Of a DNA stretch of 29,402 bases, positions 27,653-29,402 are shown piece after piece. How positions within the stretch are numbered: position 1 is the first letter of the stretch; each line of letters begins with the position of its first letter. Source of the stretch: a virus (taxonomy: Duplodnaviria; Caudoviricetes). The position numbers and the translations under genes were made by a program. The stretch lies in the IMG/VR virus record IMGVR_UViG_3300020235_000119, positions 1 to 29,402 of that record; one strand, given 5' to 3'. The notes below the pieces were generated by a model. The model was not told the DNA's origin, ran no database searches, and was given only the letters and a program-made list of their open reading frames with translations.

Positions 27653-27764
27653 CAAAACTCGTTCCCTCGCCCGGGCGCGGGCGAAACGTGTCTCCGAAAG
27701 TTGCCCGCTCTCCCTCCTCCTGTGACCGCATCTCAGGTAGCGTGGTTCCCAACTGTTCGAGATT

Positions 27765-27786
27765 GGCCCCGGGTTGCCCCGGGGCC
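27765..27786 (-). terminator. GC-rich hairpin 3' of paralog A
   Basis: GGCCCCGGG-GCAA-CCCGGGGCC, 8 nt after the stop; no clear U tract. Confidence 0.5.
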
Positions 27787-27794
27787 GTTCCCCG

Positions 27795-28196
27795 TTAGCT
27801 CGGCGTGTTCAGTGCCTTGCTAACGTCCAACAGCGCATCCTTGACCTGTTGTAGCGTCGTGTTGCGCCGTACGCAGCCCCGGATGATGTTCCCTGCGTTC
27901 ATCCGTTTCGCGCCTTGGTTCCGGTTGGCGTACCTTGCGGTCAGCGTTCCCGGCTCCAGTCCCTTAAGCTTCTCAGCTGCCGTCATCACGGCTTCCGGAC
28001 TGGCCCCTCGTAGGGCAAGAGCGACTTCGTCGTTGTTGTCCATACTCAGGTTCCCGTTGGCGGTCTGGTACGTCGTGTACCGGGCCTTGTACAACCGGAG
28101 CTGTTCTGACTTGCTCCGTTTGGGCGTCCCGTCGACTTCCGTCTTGGGTTGCTCTTCCGCTTTCCCCTGCGGCTCGGGTTGCTTCGCTTTGGCCAC
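27795..28196 (-). CDS. Uncharacterised 'RMNxGNxIRG' protein (paralog A), 133 aa
   Basis: GTG 28196 after AGGGGA SD; NDEVALALRG...Y...N.G..RMNAGNIIRG aligns with 22566..23033. Confidence 0.75.
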   Translation of the reverse strand: MAKAKQPEPQGKAEEQPKTEVDGTPKRSKSEQLRLYKARYTTYQTANGNLSMDNNDEVALALRGASPEAVMTAAEKLKGLEPGTLTARYANRNQGAKRMNAGNIIRGCVRRNTTLQQVKDALLDVSKALNTPS

Positions 28197-28288
28197 TTGC
28201 GTGTCCCCTGCGTTGCACCTGCCGGGACGCGGGATTGCGCCCCGGTCCGGCGACCAGCGACGCGTCGTGCTGCGCCGCCAGCACCCCC

Positions 28289-28317
28289 AGGGTAGCACAG
28301 CCGAGCCGCCGACGCAA
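28289..28317 (-). promoter_or_regulatory. Degenerate early-class promoter, 17-bp spacer
   Basis: TTGCGT CGGCGGCTCGGCTGTGC TACCCT GGGGGTGC; shares the CTGTGY and GGGGGTGC flanks of promoter 27084-27112. Confidence 0.55.
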
Positions 28318-28415
28318 GTCCGGCGTCGGCGATGCATCGCGCAAGATGCGCGCCCGCAACGCGAGCGCGTCGCGCTCGCCGCGCCTGCGACGCAGCGCCG
28401 AGCCGGGTCGCCTTG

Positions 28416-28501
28416 CGCGCCCGGTATACACCATGCGCGACGCGCTCGGTATTAACCGCGTGTGTACGCGCCCGGTTCCAACAGCAGGGGGGTACACCCC
28501 C
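28416..28501. repeat. CGCGCYCGGT x3 plus G5/C5 inverted repeat; candidate packaging or terminus signal
   Basis: Copies at 28416, 28441 and 28467; GGGGG-GTACA-CCCCC at 28487-28501; lies between divergent promoters upstream of terS. Confidence 0.5.
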
Positions 28502-28617
28502 AACCCAGCGGCGCGTTCCACGTTTATGGGGGTTCCACGCGCCCTCGACCTCAACTCGCTGCGCGCCATTGCCGATTCTTCTTTTTTTCCGCGCATGCGC
28601 GTGTAGGGAACGGGGGG

Positions 28618-28648
28618 TTGACAGACCCCCCTGGGGGTGTGGTATACT
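28618..28648 (+). promoter_or_regulatory. Late sigma70-type promoter with 19-bp spacer and dyad
   Basis: TTGACA GACCCCCCTGGGGGTGTGG TATACT. Confidence 0.8.
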
Positions 28649-28763
28649 CTCGGGATGCGCGACTCATTCTTTCGAGACCTGCCGCCTTTAACGGTGACAG
28701 AAGTTATCGAGCCTCTGAATCTGGAGGAGCGCACCTTTATACTCAATCAAAGGATGATTGAAA

Positions 28764-29333
28764 TTGGCCGAGCAAGGGTTAGTTCAGACAACAGAATCGT
28801 CGCAATTAAGCGAGTTCGAACAATTAGAGAAAACGCTCGATCCGCAGCGTAGGTTGTTCTGTTTTGAATACCTAGTCGACTTTGATCATCGTCGAGCGGC
28901 CACTGTTGCCAAACTTTCCGCAGATTCCGGTATCCGACTTCTTCGGAACCCAGACATATCCAAATTCATTAAGCTTCTCACTGACGAGTTGGCTCATGAA
29001 TCCCTTATATCCAGGGATATGGTCCAGTATGAACTTCTCCATGAGTTTCTACCCCGGGCTAAGGGTGAAATGGATGTTGTTGGTGTCGACCGGGATGGTG
29101 TTGCATGGTCCGGGAAGGTCACTAATATGGCCGCACATGCGAAAGCCATTGATCTAATGGCAAAACATAGTGGGTTCACGGTTCCAGAAACTGTTAAAGG
29201 CGGTCTCACGATCAATATAAATCATGAGGCCATGGGTATAACTATTGACGGACACTCAGTGGAGATAACTAATGAACAAAGTGGCGAACAAGTTGAAGAA
29301 GAAAGTCTTAGCCAAGAGGAAGGCGCAGGCTGA
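28764..29333 (+). CDS. terS: Terminase small subunit
   Basis: L.PQRRLFC.EYLVDFD..RAA..A......G.RLL.NP.I HTH and KAIDLMAKH.G; TTG start (28764 or 28758) after AAGGA. Confidence 0.85.
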   Translation: MAEQGLVQTTESSQLSEFEQLEKTLDPQRRLFCFEYLVDFDHRRAATVAKLSADSGIRLLRNPDISKFIKLLTDELAHESLISRDMVQYELLHEFLPRAKGEMDVVGVDRDGVAWSGKVTNMAAHAKAIDLMAKHSGFTVPETVKGGLTININHEAMGITIDGHSVEITNEQSGEQVEEESLSQEEGAG

Positions 29334-29402
29334 GGATAAGGAGAGGCTTGAGGCCGGTGGCGGATATAGTCCGGAACCCACGGATGAAGACAAAAATCCG
29401 CC
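29272..29402 (+). CDS. Hypothetical late protein, 5' part only
   Basis: GGAG SD plus ATG 29272; open to the window end; overlaps the terS 3' end. Confidence 0.45.
   Translation, partial: MNKVANKLKKKVLAKRKAQAEDKERLEAGGGYSPEPTDEDKNP

Noticed and set aside
24530-28746. Long ORFs 24530-25237 (+), 26461-27090 (+), 27805-28455 (+) and 27973-28746 (-)
   Set aside because: Antisense or frame shadows of better-supported genes, or GC-rich stop-poor artefacts that cross promoters.
1-29402. Prophage or temperate functions, phage RNA polymerase, introns or inteins
   Set aside because: No integrase, CI-like repressor, att site or T7-type RNAP motifs; the polymerase, primase and helicase frames are uninterrupted and of normal length.

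Overview
About 29 kb of an apparently lytic, podovirus-type dsDNA phage. It resembles the Vibrio phiVC8-like group but has no RNA polymerase, integrase or repressor in view. The + strand (1-12854) carries tail tube, ejection, tail-fibre and lysis genes. The - strand (12996-28196) carries the whole early/replication arm, and terS starts at about 28760. The replication arm encodes a 2-aminoadenine (Z-genome) kit: PurZ (GSTGKG/NFxN signature), a MazZ-type nucleotide pyrophosphohydrolase and a DpoZ-type family A polymerase, but no recognisable DatZ. The main unexplained signal is a two-class sigma70 promoter system. Three early promoters have 17-bp spacers. Three middle/late promoters have TTGACA and TATACT boxes, a 19-bp spacer, and a GACCCC..GGG dyad inside the spacer, which is MerR-like architecture, yet no MerR gene is visible. 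Other signals are a paralogous protein pair each behind a structured leader RNA, a probable -1 frameshift in a secreted lysis-cassette protein, and CCCGGG over-representation. Family assignments come from motif recognition by eye; no searches were run.
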